The notes: generated by a model not told the origin, from the sequence alone. A stretch of 64,000 nucleotides of DNA from an uncultured delta proteobacterium (GCA_963711565.1 CAVQEQ010000003.1:1056001-1120000); one strand, 5' to 3'. Positions 39,314 through 49,683 are shown, counted from the stretch's first letter. A program made the numbers and translations.

Positions 39314-39958
39314 ATGAGAGGTATCGCGCTGTTGATGCGCCATGGCGAGACCGCGTGGAACCGCGAAGGCCGAGTGATGGGCCGTAATCCGATCGAACTC
39401 GACGAAGATGGGCGCGCGCAGGTGCAGGCCTCGATTCCGTTCGCGCGCCTAATAAAGCCGGAGCTTATCGTCACGAGTCCGCTGGCGCGTGCGCGACAAT
39501 CGGCGGAGATAATCGCGGCCGGCGTCGGCGGCCTTCCTGTGGCCGAAGATCCGCAACTGTCGGAAGTTCAATACGGGCGATGGGAAGGCATGGTGTACGA
39601 CGATTTGATCGAGGATCCCGACTACCTGAACTATCGCGAGCATCCGCTCGACGCGCCGACGCCCGGCGGCGAGACGATCGCGCAGGTGCAATCACGCGGC
39701 GTCGAGGCAGTGCGGCGCGCAATCGGCGACAACAGCGGCCGGCGCATCCTGTTCGTCTCGCACGGCGACATAATCCGCACCGTCCTGTGCCATTTCATGC
39801 GGCTCGAACTCGCGCATTTCCGGCGAATCCGAGTGGACAACGCGGCGTTCTCAGGCTTCCAGCTGATCGGCGATTTCGCCGAAATGAAATTCCTCAACCT
39901 GTTACCCGATCCGGATCGCGCGTTCGTCGCTCCATTCGTATCGAAAAAAAGCGAGTAG
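39314..39958 (+). CDS. Histidine phosphatase family protein
   Basis: RHGETAWN, SPLARARQSA, VSHGD. Confidence 0.92.
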   Translation: MRGIALLMRHGETAWNREGRVMGRNPIELDEDGRAQVQASIPFARLIKPELIVTSPLARARQSAEIIAAGVGGLPVAEDPQLSEVQYGRWEGMVYDDLIEDPDYLNYREHPLDAPTPGGETIAQVQSRGVEAVRRAIGDNSGRRILFVSHGDIIRTVLCHFMRLELAHFRRIRVDNAAFSGFQLIGDFAEMKFLNLLPDPDRAFVAPFVSKKSE

Positions 39959-39963
39959 CCATA

Positions 39964-40800
39964 ATGGAGAGCGCGGAAAGCTTGCCCGAGTTGCACGAAC
40001 TCAATCGCGGTTTCACCTGGACGCCGGTGCGGCCGCCCTTCAGCCTGATCAGCGAGGAGCAGGCGCGCTCGTACAACCAACACGGATACTTCGTGTTCGA
40101 TAACGCGTTCGACCGCGACACGATCGCGCGCGCGATCGCGGAGATCGATCCATGGGAGGCCAAAGTCGAAGGGTATTTGCGCACGCAGCCCAACGGCCGG
40201 AAGTTCATCGCCGAGGCCGGCGGAATCAGCTTCACCACCGACCTGGTCATGCGCTCGCAGTTCATTCGCGATCTGTCGGCGAGCCCGGCGATCGCCGGCG
40301 TCTGTCGCGACCTGTTGGGTCCTAGCGTGCGGCTGTATCGGGACCAGGCGGTGTACAAGAAACCCGAGTACCCCAAGCTGTTCCCGTGGCATCAGGACAA
40401 CGGCTACAACTTTGTCGAGCCGCAGACTTACCTGACCTGCTGGATCGCGCTGACCGACGCAACCGTCGATAACGGTTGTCCGTGGGTGATGCCGGCCGGA
40501 CACCTGCGAGGCACGCTCAAGCATCATTTGACGGAGCTCGGATGGGTGTGTCGCGAGGAGGATCCTCCTGAGGCACTCGCGGCCCCGGTGCAAGCGGGCG
40601 GCATGATCGTGTTTTCATCGCTGATGCCGCATCGGACCGGACCGAACCTCACCGGCGACGTGCGCAAGGCCTGTATTCTGCAGTATGCACCCGACGGCGC
40701 CCGTTGGATTCAACCGCAGGTGCTGTGCAACGCGGATCGACAGTACTTGATCGTGAAGGACGGCGAGCGCGTCGCGCCGCCGCCGCTAGATCCGCACTAA
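39964..40800 (+). CDS. Phytanoyl-CoA dioxygenase (PhyH) family protein
   Basis: PWHQD, WIALTDATVDNGC, HRTGPN; ATG 39964. Confidence 0.9.
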   Translation: MESAESLPELHELNRGFTWTPVRPPFSLISEEQARSYNQHGYFVFDNAFDRDTIARAIAEIDPWEAKVEGYLRTQPNGRKFIAEAGGISFTTDLVMRSQFIRDLSASPAIAGVCRDLLGPSVRLYRDQAVYKKPEYPKLFPWHQDNGYNFVEPQTYLTCWIALTDATVDNGCPWVMPAGHLRGTLKHHLTELGWVCREEDPPEALAAPVQAGGMIVFSSLMPHRTGPNLTGDVRKACILQYAPDGARWIQPQVLCNADRQYLIVKDGERVAPPPLDPH

Positions 40801-40822
40801 GGAATCGCAATCCTGGAAGTAA

Positions 40823-42085
40823 TCAGGGTCCGCCGGCGAATGATGGATCTATTCCCGTGTGCGCCGAGGCTGACCCGACATCGATCCCCTTGCGGACGCG
40901 AACGTCAGCACCTGATTTGCCGGGAACGTCCACTTTCAGGCTGCGGTATCCGCCCGCGGACGGGTCGGGCGCCAGAAATCCGATTGTGTACTGTTCGCGC
41001 AATTCGAGACTGATGTTCTCGCACGCGCGGCGCAGAGCCTCGCCGTCGCCGGCCTGGCGGACGATGTAGGTCTTGGCGCCGGTTTCGGTCGATAGAGTAT
41101 GTAGCGTCTCGGCGTCAACGTGTTCGCTATCGTCGCCGCCGATTATGAATGGTCCGACGACGAGTCCACCGGTGCTCTCGCTCGGATCGCCGATTCCGAT
41201 CGAGTACACGAGCACTCCCATTCGCCGCGCCTGCTCGACGACGTCATTCACCGTCGAGGCGCTGGTGTTGTCCATGCCATCGGTGACGACCAGCAGCGCT
41301 TTTTTGTCATAACGCCCGCGTTGCACCATCTGCAGCCCTTCCATGATCACGTCGAACAACGCAGTCTGGCCGTAGGCATGCAGCAATGCGAGCCGGCGCA
41401 TCACGAGATCGTGATTGGTCGTGAACGGCTGGAGCAGGAACGGAGAGCTCGAAAAAGCGAACAGGAACACGTCGTCCCTGTCATTCAGATCGTGCAGGAA
41501 CTCCGCGATCGCGGCGCGCGCCTGCGGGATTTTAGTTACCATGCTGCCCGACGTGTCCACCAGGATACCGACCGACACCGGCGTGTTCAGGTCCTGCCGA
41601 AAAAATTCGATCGGGCGCTGCTGCCCGTCCATGTAAAGTTTGAAGTCGCCCTTCTGCAGCCCCGTGATATAGGTGCCGCTCGGTTCGGTCACCGTCACCG
41701 TGACTTGTTCGTAACCCGGCTGCTGGCGCAACTCGCGCGTCGGCAGCACCAGCTCCTGGCCACCTTGCGGAACCTGCGGCAGGATGTTGAGCGAGTCGGC
41801 ACCCTGCTTCGCCGGCATCGACGGCAGCTCGAGCGTCGAGGATTCCTTGCCCTGTCTTTGGGGGATTACGAGTGGCGGCGGACTTGATGGCGGTGGACTC
41901 GCCAGACCTTGCTCGAGCTGAGCCTCGGCAGGTCCGCCAATCATGATCGCGATCGCGATCACCGCGACGGCGATTGCGGAAATCAAGTTGCGTCGTGTGA
42001 CTGGAATTGTTGTTCTCATCGCGAAACGATTGCTCCCGCCGAAGCGGCGTGCCTTCATTGATAATGATCCTATTTGCTCCCGCAT
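40823..42085 (-). CDS. Secreted VWA domain protein (start uncertain)
   Basis: MIDAS motif DTSGS, TALFD, VVTDGMD, ELREQYTIGF. Confidence 0.88.
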   Translation of the reverse strand: MREQIGSLSMKARRFGGSNRFAMRTTIPVTRRNLISAIAVAVIAIAIMIGGPAEAQLEQGLASPPPSSPPPLVIPQRQGKESSTLELPSMPAKQGADSLNILPQVPQGGQELVLPTRELRQQPGYEQVTVTVTEPSGTYITGLQKGDFKLYMDGQQRPIEFFRQDLNTPVSVGILVDTSGSMVTKIPQARAAIAEFLHDLNDRDDVFLFAFSSSPFLLQPFTTNHDLVMRRLALLHAYGQTALFDVIMEGLQMVQRGRYDKKALLVVTDGMDNTSASTVNDVVEQARRMGVLVYSIGIGDPSESTGGLVVGPFIIGGDDSEHVDAETLHTLSTETGAKTYIVRQAGDGEALRRACENISLELREQYTIGFLAPDPSAGGYRSLKVDVPGKSGADVRVRKGIDVGSASAHTGIDPSFAGGP

Positions 42086-42340
42086 CGGGCAAGCCGGTTA
42101 ATTTTTCCTGTTGGTTGAGGAACGATCCTATACCAGTTTCGACGAATTCGCCGGAGCAAAGTTTCAGGCGCGAAACCGTGCCGTGCGCCTTCATGGACAA
42201 CCAATGGTGAATCCTTCCTGAACGATCGTTTAGTCTGGCGCGGCGGCTTTCTTGTTTCGCATTCCGATTTCGTCGTAACCTGATGCACCTTCCGTGGCCC
42301 TGAACCGCCACTTCGGACCCCGCCCGATTAAGGAGAACCG

Positions 42341-43561
42341 ATGAAGTTCGGAATTTTCATGGCCCCTTTCCACCGCGTCGGCGAAAACCCGACCCTCTGC
42401 TTCGAGCGCGACATGCAGCTGATTGAGTGGCTCGACCAACTCGGCTACGAAGAGGCGTTCATCGGCGAGCATCATTCGTCGGGATGGGAAATCATCTCGT
42501 CGCCGGAAATCTTCATGGCGGTCGCTGCGACGCGCACCCGGCACATCATGCTCGGCTCCGGCGTGGTCAGCATCCCGTATCATCACCCCTTCCACGTCGC
42601 CAACCGCTTCGCTCTGCTCGACCATCTGACGCGCGGGCGCGTGATGCTCGGATGCGGTCCGGGCGCGCTGGCGGCCGACGCGCACATGCAGGGGATAGAT
42701 TCGACCACCCAGCGCAAGCGGATGGTCGAGGGCGTCAGCGCGATCCTACGGCTGTTCAACGAGCAGGGCAAAATCTCGATCGACGGCTCGTACTTCAAAC
42801 TGGTCGATGCGCACTTGCAGGTGAAGCCATTTCAGCAGCCGCATATGCCGATCTTCGTTGCGAGCACGATTTCGCCGTCGGGGATGGTCGCGGCGGGACA
42901 GCTCGGATGCGGCGTGTTGTCGGTCGCCTCATACGCGCCGGGCGGCCTGGACGATCTGATGAAGCGCTGGGCGATGGCGGAAGAGTCGGCGGCTGAGCAC
43001 GGCAAGACCGTCGATCGCAAAAACTGGCGGATGGTTTTCCCGATTCATCTCGCGGAGACGCGCGAACAGGCGATGAACGATATTCGCGACGGCGCCAACT
43101 CGTGGATTCGCGAGTACTTCATCGACACGCTCGGCACACGAGTCCAATTCGAGGAATATCCGAATCAGCCGATCGAGGAGATGAATATCGATCGGATGAA
43201 CGGGCGCGGCGGCATTATCGTCGGAACGCCGGACGACGCGATCGCGAGAATCAAGGAACTGCAGCAAGCGACCGGCGGCTTCGGGGGCATCCTTGGGCTC
43301 GCGCACGAATGGACGACCCGCGAAAAGACGCTGCGCTCGTACGAGCTGTTCGCGCGCTACGTCGCGCCGCAATTCCAGGGGCAGGTCGCCGAGGGCATCA
43401 AGTACTCGAACGACTGGGCGCGCGAGAATCGCGACCTGATGTTCGGCAAGGCCGTCGCGGGAATTCTAACCGCAGTACAAGACTACGCGCAGCACAAAGT
43501 CGAAAAGGGCGAACCAGTCCCCGACGTGATGACCCAGCCGGGCACCCGCATCCGCCCGTAG
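42341..43561 (+). CDS. LLM-class flavin-dependent oxidoreductase
   Basis: MKFGIF, GEHHS, LDHLTRGRVMLG. Confidence 0.92.
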   Translation: MKFGIFMAPFHRVGENPTLCFERDMQLIEWLDQLGYEEAFIGEHHSSGWEIISSPEIFMAVAATRTRHIMLGSGVVSIPYHHPFHVANRFALLDHLTRGRVMLGCGPGALAADAHMQGIDSTTQRKRMVEGVSAILRLFNEQGKISIDGSYFKLVDAHLQVKPFQQPHMPIFVASTISPSGMVAAGQLGCGVLSVASYAPGGLDDLMKRWAMAEESAAEHGKTVDRKNWRMVFPIHLAETREQAMNDIRDGANSWIREYFIDTLGTRVQFEEYPNQPIEEMNIDRMNGRGGIIVGTPDDAIARIKELQQATGGFGGILGLAHEWTTREKTLRSYELFARYVAPQFQGQVAEGIKYSNDWARENRDLMFGKAVAGILTAVQDYAQHKVEKGEPVPDVMTQPGTRIRP

Positions 43562-43731
43562 CGAGGTGTTGAAAAAAAAGCCCGTTGAGCATCGGTTTCG
43601 ATTTCAAGTGTCTCAGCACCTGCGTTAATTTCTCGCTTGCGACCATCTATACCGGATGCCAAGCGTGGATCCTGCGATAAGCCTTGGCGCGGCAGACAGG
43701 TAAACATTGGGTCGCAAGAGGTCGTGCAAGA

Positions 43732-44706
43732 GTGCCTTCTGACAATCAAAATCGAGGTGTCAACAGGACCAAGCCAGACCGCTGGAAGGCTGACATCCTT
43801 CAATCGGTCGACATGTACAACGATTGGTTTCTGAAATTCGCACCCGCTGCCTACCGCAAAACACGCGTCGAGACGACCAAGGACGTTGAATCGACTCTCG
43901 TTAAAACGGAAAACCTGACGGACGTGAGTGCGGTTGTATTGAGGCGAGAGCCCCGCGTCCTGCCGACATTGCGCATGTCGTGCTGCCCGCCCCTTGCGGT
44001 TGACAGGTTGATAGGTCTGGCAGGCGTATCGCGCAATCTAGTCGGCTGCATGGAAAAAGGAAGTATTCCCGCGTTAGTCAGCACAGCGCTGCTTGAAAAA
44101 GGTCTCAATAAGATTGGCGCTATCATTGAGCGAATGGCCGATCCGGATATTTTTGTATGGCTCGGCCGCAGAGCGGCCGCAACGGAGTCTGAGATACATC
44201 GCGCGGCAACGATAGTGGCTGACCGTTTGTGTGGATCTGTAGCAAATCCAATTATCCGCAATGCCCAGGAGAAGCGCCAGCTCGCGGCAATTGGAGCATG
44301 GCTACAAACGCGCGGTTATCGTGCACTCCCACCGAAGATTAAATTCGACGCTATGCCCCCTGGCACTTTCGGCTTCCGTCTGAACGTGCCGGTTAAGGTG
44401 GGAGGTCTTGCATTGATGACCAATCTCCCTGTTGACACTGTGGTCATGCCGAAAAAGGGGAAGGCAGGCGAACTGCCACTGCTGATCGAGGCGAAGTCGG
44501 CAGGCGACTACACCAACGTGAACAAACGCCGCAAAGAAGAGGGCGCCAAAATGAGTCAACTGCGCGCCACCTACGGCGCGCGGGTTCGCTTCATCCTGTT
44601 CCTGTGCGGATACTTCGATAGCGGTTACCTTGGATACGAGGCGGCAGAGGGCATCGATTGGGTGTGGGAGCACCGGATCGATGAACTCGCCAAGTTTGGG
44701 TTGTAG
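43732..44706 (+). CDS. XamI family type II restriction endonuclease (start uncertain, ORF from 43684)
   Basis: SVDMYNDWF, IRNAQEKRQ, PVD...IEAKSAGDYTNVNKRRKEE (PD-EXK), YLGYEAAEGIDWVWEHR. Confidence 0.85.
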   Translation: MPSDNQNRGVNRTKPDRWKADILQSVDMYNDWFLKFAPAAYRKTRVETTKDVESTLVKTENLTDVSAVVLRREPRVLPTLRMSCCPPLAVDRLIGLAGVSRNLVGCMEKGSIPALVSTALLEKGLNKIGAIIERMADPDIFVWLGRRAAATESEIHRAATIVADRLCGSVANPIIRNAQEKRQLAAIGAWLQTRGYRALPPKIKFDAMPPGTFGFRLNVPVKVGGLALMTNLPVDTVVMPKKGKAGELPLLIEAKSAGDYTNVNKRRKEEGAKMSQLRATYGARVRFILFLCGYFDSGYLGYEAAEGIDWVWEHRIDELAKFGL

Positions 44707-44708
44707 GA

Positions 44709-46289
44709 ATGGATGAGATATCGGCAATAGAATTACGCCGAGTCGCCCTTCAGGAAGAACTAGACGGGGGCAAAACACAGAAAGAGCGCAATCGCTTGGG
44801 GCAGTTCGGGACACCGACACTGCTTGCTTCTGATATGTTGGCGCACGCGCGCACGCTGGTCCCGGACGATACGCCAGTGCGGTTCCTGGATCCCGCGATT
44901 GGCACCGGTTCTTTTTATGCGGCGCTGTTGCGCCACTTCAGGGCAGAACGGATCGAGGTTGCGGTAGGGATCGAAGTTGACCCTCACTACGGCAATGCCG
45001 CGCGCGAACTCTGGCAAGGTCACGGGCTCAAAATCGAGCTCAACGACTTTACGACCATGAAGCCTCCCGTCGCAGCGAGACGCTTCAACCTCATAATCTC
45101 CAATCCGCCCTATGTCCGACACCATCACATGGGAGTGAATGAAAAGGGACGTTTACAAGCCGCTACAACTACCGCCTCTGGCATCCGGATGGCAGGCCTA
45201 ACCGGGTTGTATTGTTACTTCCTGGGGTTGGCGCATGCGTGGTTAGAGGATGATGGAATCGCAGGATGGTTGATCCCCAGCGAATTCATGGACGTCAACT
45301 ATGGCGGGCCAGTAAAGCGCTATCTGCTCAATAAAGTTCAGTTGCTCCGCGTTCATCGGTTCGATCCAAAAGATCTGCAATTCGGAGATGCGCTTGTCTC
45401 TTCGGCGGTGGTCTGGTTTCGCAAACGCCGCGCGGAGTCTGGACACCAAGTGGAATTGACTTATGGAGGTACGCTTTCGCGACCAACTCACTCGCGACTT
45501 GTGTCTGCCTCGGCCCTCCAAAATGAAAGGAAGTGGACGGGGTTGGCGAAGGCCGGACTGAAGGAGCCGACCGAAGGATTTCGACTTGCGGATTTCTTCT
45601 CAATCAAGCGCGGCCTAGCCACTGGCGACAACGGATTTTTCATTCTGTCGCGCGCAGAGATCGAACAACACGAACTGCCGATTGAATTTTTCAAACCGAT
45701 CTTGCCGGGGCCCCGTTTTCTTCCTTCAGACGTGATCGAATCCGAAGCTAACGGGGTACCTAAGATTGAGCGGCGCCAGTTCATCCTCGATTGTCGGCTG
45801 CCGGAAGATAAGGTGCGCGAGCAATTTCCTAAGCTATGGGCATATCTGAAAACCGGCAAGTCAAAGGTGTCCGATACTTATTTGTGCAGCCGCCGAAATC
45901 CCTGGTATTCGCAGGAAACGCGTCCGCCGGCACCGTTCGTTTGCACTTACATGGGCCGGGGCCTCTCGAAGCGAGAGAAACCATTTCGTTTCATTCTCAA
46001 TCGTTCGCAGGCAACAGCCGCAAATGTCTATCTGATGCTCTATCCAGTTCCTGCGCTGGCGAAAGCTCTCGAGGCTGCTCCCGAACTAGCGCGCCAAATT
46101 TGGGAATTTCTGAATTCGATTCCCTCTGAAACTCTTCTCGGAGAGGGCCGGGTCTATGGGGGTGGGCTCTACAAGATGGAACCGAAAGAGCTGGCTAACG
46201 TACCTGCGGACGCAATCGCGGCGCTACTGCCGACGACGGAGCGACAGCCCCCCAAGCAACGCGAGATGTTTCCGAAACGGGCTGTATAG
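44709..46289 (+). CDS. N6-adenine DNA methyltransferase (gamma class), cognate to the XamI-type endonuclease
   Basis: GQFGTP, motif I FLDPAIGTGSF, motif IV NPPY, GRVYGGGLYKMEPKE. Confidence 0.92.
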   Translation: MDEISAIELRRVALQEELDGGKTQKERNRLGQFGTPTLLASDMLAHARTLVPDDTPVRFLDPAIGTGSFYAALLRHFRAERIEVAVGIEVDPHYGNAARELWQGHGLKIELNDFTTMKPPVAARRFNLIISNPPYVRHHHMGVNEKGRLQAATTTASGIRMAGLTGLYCYFLGLAHAWLEDDGIAGWLIPSEFMDVNYGGPVKRYLLNKVQLLRVHRFDPKDLQFGDALVSSAVVWFRKRRAESGHQVELTYGGTLSRPTHSRLVSASALQNERKWTGLAKAGLKEPTEGFRLADFFSIKRGLATGDNGFFILSRAEIEQHELPIEFFKPILPGPRFLPSDVIESEANGVPKIERRQFILDCRLPEDKVREQFPKLWAYLKTGKSKVSDTYLCSRRNPWYSQETRPPAPFVCTYMGRGLSKREKPFRFILNRSQATAANVYLMLYPVPALAKALEAAPELARQIWEFLNSIPSETLLGEGRVYGGGLYKMEPKELANVPADAIAALLPTTERQPPKQREMFPKRAV

Positions 46290-46338
46290 AATCGAGAGAA
46301 GGTTTCGGACGGCTGCAGAGCTTGGATGATTTGCGCGC

Positions 46339-46416
46339 TCGGTGCTACTCACAAAGCTAGCCAGCATCGAGAGGAATGCACCGATGGACCATACCGAGAT
46401 ATCCCGCGTGTTCGAC
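46339..46416 (+). repeat. Diverged direct-repeat copy of the promoter/RBS/5' end of the M20 peptidase gene (partner at 47685-47764)
   Basis: TCGGTGCTACTCACAA.GCTA...GCATCGAGAGGA...CCGATGGAC present at both sites. Confidence 0.85.
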
Positions 46417-46433
46417 CCGCATCCGCCCGTAGC

Positions 46434-47267
46434 ATGAGCGACGATGTTCCATTTGCGGTGCGGCGCGGCGAGCTGATCGAGCGCGCCGTCGCGATTTTAT
46501 CCACTGATGCGCGCTTTCCGGCGGGGTGGCTCGAAGGGAGTCTCGCAGACGGTTCCGCGGACTCGTACTCCGATATCGATTTGCATCTTTGCGTTATCGA
46601 GAGCGCGTGGGACGAGGTGTGGAACGCGCGGCGCCGCGAGATCGAGCGGGTCGCGCCGATCCTTGCGTCGGCCGATATCATGGGCGCGTTCGGCGTCGGC
46701 TGTTTGATCGAGGGGCCGGTGAAGCTCGACGTCTTCTTTGAGCGCGAAGCCGGTCTGGCGTCGAGACCGCGCATCGCAGTGAAGCGGCTTTGGGGTAACC
46801 ACGAAATTTACGAGCGCTTCAAAATCGGCGACGACTTGGGTGACGCCGCAATTGCGCGCGCACTCGAATCCAACCTGCTGGGATTTCTGCAGGGTGCGAC
46901 CTGGCCCGTGAGAATCCTCGCGCGCGGGCAAATCAACACCTTCCTGTTCAACGAAATACTGCTGGTCGAGACTGCAATCGTCCCGCTGATGCTATTAGAA
47001 ACCGATCGCCGCGCGTTTCATCGCAACATGTTCACGCGCGCGAAGCTGATCTCGCTTGCTCAGCGCGACGAATGCGGGCGGCTTGTCGGTCGAATCGAAA
47101 CGTCGGTGCTCAAGGCCGATCGCGCGGCGATGCGCGACGTGCATATCGAGATTTTCCGCAAGATCTGCGAACTTGCGAGGGCAGCATTCGCCCGCTACGG
47201 TCTCGAGTTCCCGCCGAGAGTCGAAAATGAAATGATCGCCTTCTACAAACGCGAGTGGCCAGTGTGA
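46434..47267 (+). CDS. Pol-beta-type nucleotidyltransferase domain protein
   Basis: GSLADGSADSYSDIDL (GS...DxD) motif; helical C-terminal domain. Confidence 0.75.
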   Translation: MSDDVPFAVRRGELIERAVAILSTDARFPAGWLEGSLADGSADSYSDIDLHLCVIESAWDEVWNARRREIERVAPILASADIMGAFGVGCLIEGPVKLDVFFEREAGLASRPRIAVKRLWGNHEIYERFKIGDDLGDAAIARALESNLLGFLQGATWPVRILARGQINTFLFNEILLVETAIVPLMLLETDRRAFHRNMFTRAKLISLAQRDECGRLVGRIETSVLKADRAAMRDVHIEIFRKICELARAAFARYGLEFPPRVENEMIAFYKREWPV

Positions 47268-47279
47268 GAGGAGGAAATC

Positions 47280-47675
47280 ATGGCTGATGAAAGTCGTCTC
47301 CGAAACCTGCGGATCGCGCTGATCCTGGTCGGCGTGATTTTTATCCTCGGAATTTATCCGCTGATGATCATCTGGCCGTCGGGCTGGACGTGGCACACGG
47401 GTCATTCGGACTACCCGCTGATGATCGTCGGCATCTACGCGACCCTCGGCGTGTTCCTCATTATGGCGTCGCGCGACCCGCTCGAAAATCTCAGCCTGAT
47501 CTGGTTCACGGTCTGGTCGAGCGTCGTCCATGCCGTAATCATGGCCGGCCAAGCTCTTGAGATGCCTGAACATCATGGACACCTGCTCGGCGACGTGCCC
47601 GCGCTCTTGATCGTCGCGATATTGCTGGCGGCACTGACTCCGCGCGGTGGCTTGGCGGAGAGCAGGGTTGGATAG
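47280..47675 (+). CDS. Small membrane protein (DUF6632-like)
   Basis: WPSGWTW, MIVGIYATLG, IWFTVWSSVVHA, HLLGDVPAL; GAGGAGG RBS. Confidence 0.7.
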   Translation: MADESRLRNLRIALILVGVIFILGIYPLMIIWPSGWTWHTGHSDYPLMIVGIYATLGVFLIMASRDPLENLSLIWFTVWSSVVHAVIMAGQALEMPEHHGHLLGDVPALLIVAILLAALTPRGGLAESRVG

Positions 47676-47728
47676 TCCGACTCGTCGGTGCTACTCACAA
47701 TGCTACCTGCATCGAGAGGAGCACGCCG

Positions 47729-48895
47729 ATGGACGCTCACGCCGAAATAGCCCGCGCGATCGATAATTACCGCGACAAGGTCGTCGCGCTCAGCCACGAA
47801 ATCCATGAGCATCCCGAGCTCAAGTTCCAGGAGGTTTTTGCCGCCGGCATCCTGACCAAGGCGGCGACTGAGTTGGGGCTCGAGGTCGAGCGCGAGGTCG
47901 GCGGACTCAAGACCGCGTTTCGTGCCGAGTTCGGCGGCAAGGGTCCGACGGTCGCAATTCTCGCGGAATACGACGCGCTGCCCAACGGACACTCGTGCGG
48001 GCACAACCTGATCGCCGGTGCCGCGTTGAGTGCCGTCGCGGGATTGAAGAGCGTCGCGAGCCAATTGCCGGGGCGAGTCGTTTTTCTTGGCACGCCGGCC
48101 GAAGAGGGCGGCGGCGGAAAAATAATCCTGATCGACAAGGGCGCGCTACGCGGCGTTGACGCGGCCATGATGGCGCATCCGACCGACGCGGAATTCTGCA
48201 CGATGCCCGCGCTCGCCACCCAGCATCTCAAGCTGACGTTTCATGGCCGCGGCGCGCATGCGGCGCTGGCGCCGTGGGACGGCGCGAGCGCGCTGTCCGC
48301 GGTGATCCAGACATTTCAGAGCGTCGATGCGATGCGGCTACACTTGCGCGACGGCTCGCGCATCCACGGCATCATCACCGACGGCGGGCAGGCGGTGAAT
48401 ATCATTCCGGAGCGGACCGAGTGTCTGTTTCTCGCGCGGGCCAAGACCAGCAAGTACGCCAAGGAGATCGGAGCGCGCGTGATCCGATGCGCCGAGGCCG
48501 CCGCGATGGCGACCGGGACCCGCGTCGAGCACGTCGTCGAAGGTGGTTACAAAAACCTGATCAACAATCTCAGCATGGCGCATCGTTACGCGGCGCATAC
48601 CGAGGCGCTCGGAACAAAGTCCGTCGAGGCGCCGGAGAACACGCCCACCGGCAGCACCGACATGGGCGACGTCAGTCACGTGATGCCCGCGATACATCCG
48701 GCGTTCGCGATCGCGCGCCATGGCGAGGGCAATTGCCACGAGGACGCGTTCGTCGTGCACGCCGATTCGAAGCGCGGCTACGACGCGATGATTCGGGTGG
48801 CGAAGGCGATGGCGATGACGGCGTACGATTTGCTCGCGGAGCCGGAGCTGCTGGCGTCGGCAAAAAACGAATTCGAGGCGCGCAGAGAGAGCTGA
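47729..48895 (+). CDS. M20 family metallopeptidase / amidohydrolase
   Basis: EYDALP, HSCGHN, GTPAEEGGGGK, GSTDMGDVS. Confidence 0.93.
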   Translation: MDAHAEIARAIDNYRDKVVALSHEIHEHPELKFQEVFAAGILTKAATELGLEVEREVGGLKTAFRAEFGGKGPTVAILAEYDALPNGHSCGHNLIAGAALSAVAGLKSVASQLPGRVVFLGTPAEEGGGGKIILIDKGALRGVDAAMMAHPTDAEFCTMPALATQHLKLTFHGRGAHAALAPWDGASALSAVIQTFQSVDAMRLHLRDGSRIHGIITDGGQAVNIIPERTECLFLARAKTSKYAKEIGARVIRCAEAAAMATGTRVEHVVEGGYKNLINNLSMAHRYAAHTEALGTKSVEAPENTPTGSTDMGDVSHVMPAIHPAFAIARHGEGNCHEDAFVVHADSKRGYDAMIRVAKAMAMTAYDLLAEPELLASAKNEFEARRES

Positions 48896-48914
48896 AGCGA
48901 ATGCTCAGGCGGCG

Positions 48915-49424
48915 GTGAAGGAAAATCAGGGCGCGGTGTACGCTTATCAGATCGAATACTGGACCGTCTTCCTGTCAGTTACGGCCGGTGTCGCGGCAAC
49001 GCTGACAGGTCTCATCTTCGTCGCCATATCCATCAACCTCAGCCGTATCCTCGAGTTCCCGCGACTGGCCGACCGCGCCGCCGAATCAATTCTGCAGATA
49101 CTCGGACCCTTGATCGTATCGATCTGGGCGCTCGTGCCCGGTCAGCCGAGACTGGTGATCGGGATAGGAATGGCTGTGGCAGGATTCGTCCTCTGGATAC
49201 TGCAGACGCTACTTCAGTATCGATCGTTCACGCGAGAACATCCGCGGCCGGTAATATCGATCCTGCTGGGGCAGTCCTCCACGCTTACCTTCCTGATTGC
49301 CGGAATATCGCTTGCTACGGAAACGCTCGGTGGCCTCAACCAATGGCTCGTTCCCGGCGTAATCCTGTCGATCACGGCCGGAGTGTCGAACGCCTGGGTG
49401 TTGCTCGTCGAGATTTTGCGTTGA
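48915..49424 (+). CDS. Hypothetical membrane protein
   Basis: AATLTGLIFVAISIN...NAWVLLVEILR; 5 hydrophobic segments. Confidence 0.75.
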   Translation: MKENQGAVYAYQIEYWTVFLSVTAGVAATLTGLIFVAISINLSRILEFPRLADRAAESILQILGPLIVSIWALVPGQPRLVIGIGMAVAGFVLWILQTLLQYRSFTREHPRPVISILLGQSSTLTFLIAGISLATETLGGLNQWLVPGVILSITAGVSNAWVLLVEILR

Positions 49425-49428
49425 GGGG

Positions 49429-49683
49429 TTAGTGGCAGCCGCAGCCGCCGCCGCAACATCCGCCGCCTGAGAATCCGCCGCCGCTCGATGTGCCCGAATT
49501 AGCCATCGCCGACACGACCGCCGCGGCGCTGTCGCCATTGCTCGCGCGCGCCGCGAACGTGGACATCTCGCGCCTCAGCTTGGAGCCGTGGCAATGCGGG
49601 CATTGCGCGCTCTCATCGCTGGGACGCACGAACGCCTCGAACGAGCGGTCGCAGTTGATGCATCGGTATTCGTAAATCGGCAT
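49429..49683 (-). CDS. FmdB family zinc-ribbon protein
   Basis: MPIYEYRCINC...CPHC; C-terminal GCCGGGCGCH. Confidence 0.9.
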   Translation of the reverse strand: MPIYEYRCINCDRSFEAFVRPSDESAQCPHCHGSKLRREMSTFAARASNGDSAAAVVSAMANSGTSSGGGFSGGGCCGGGCGCH

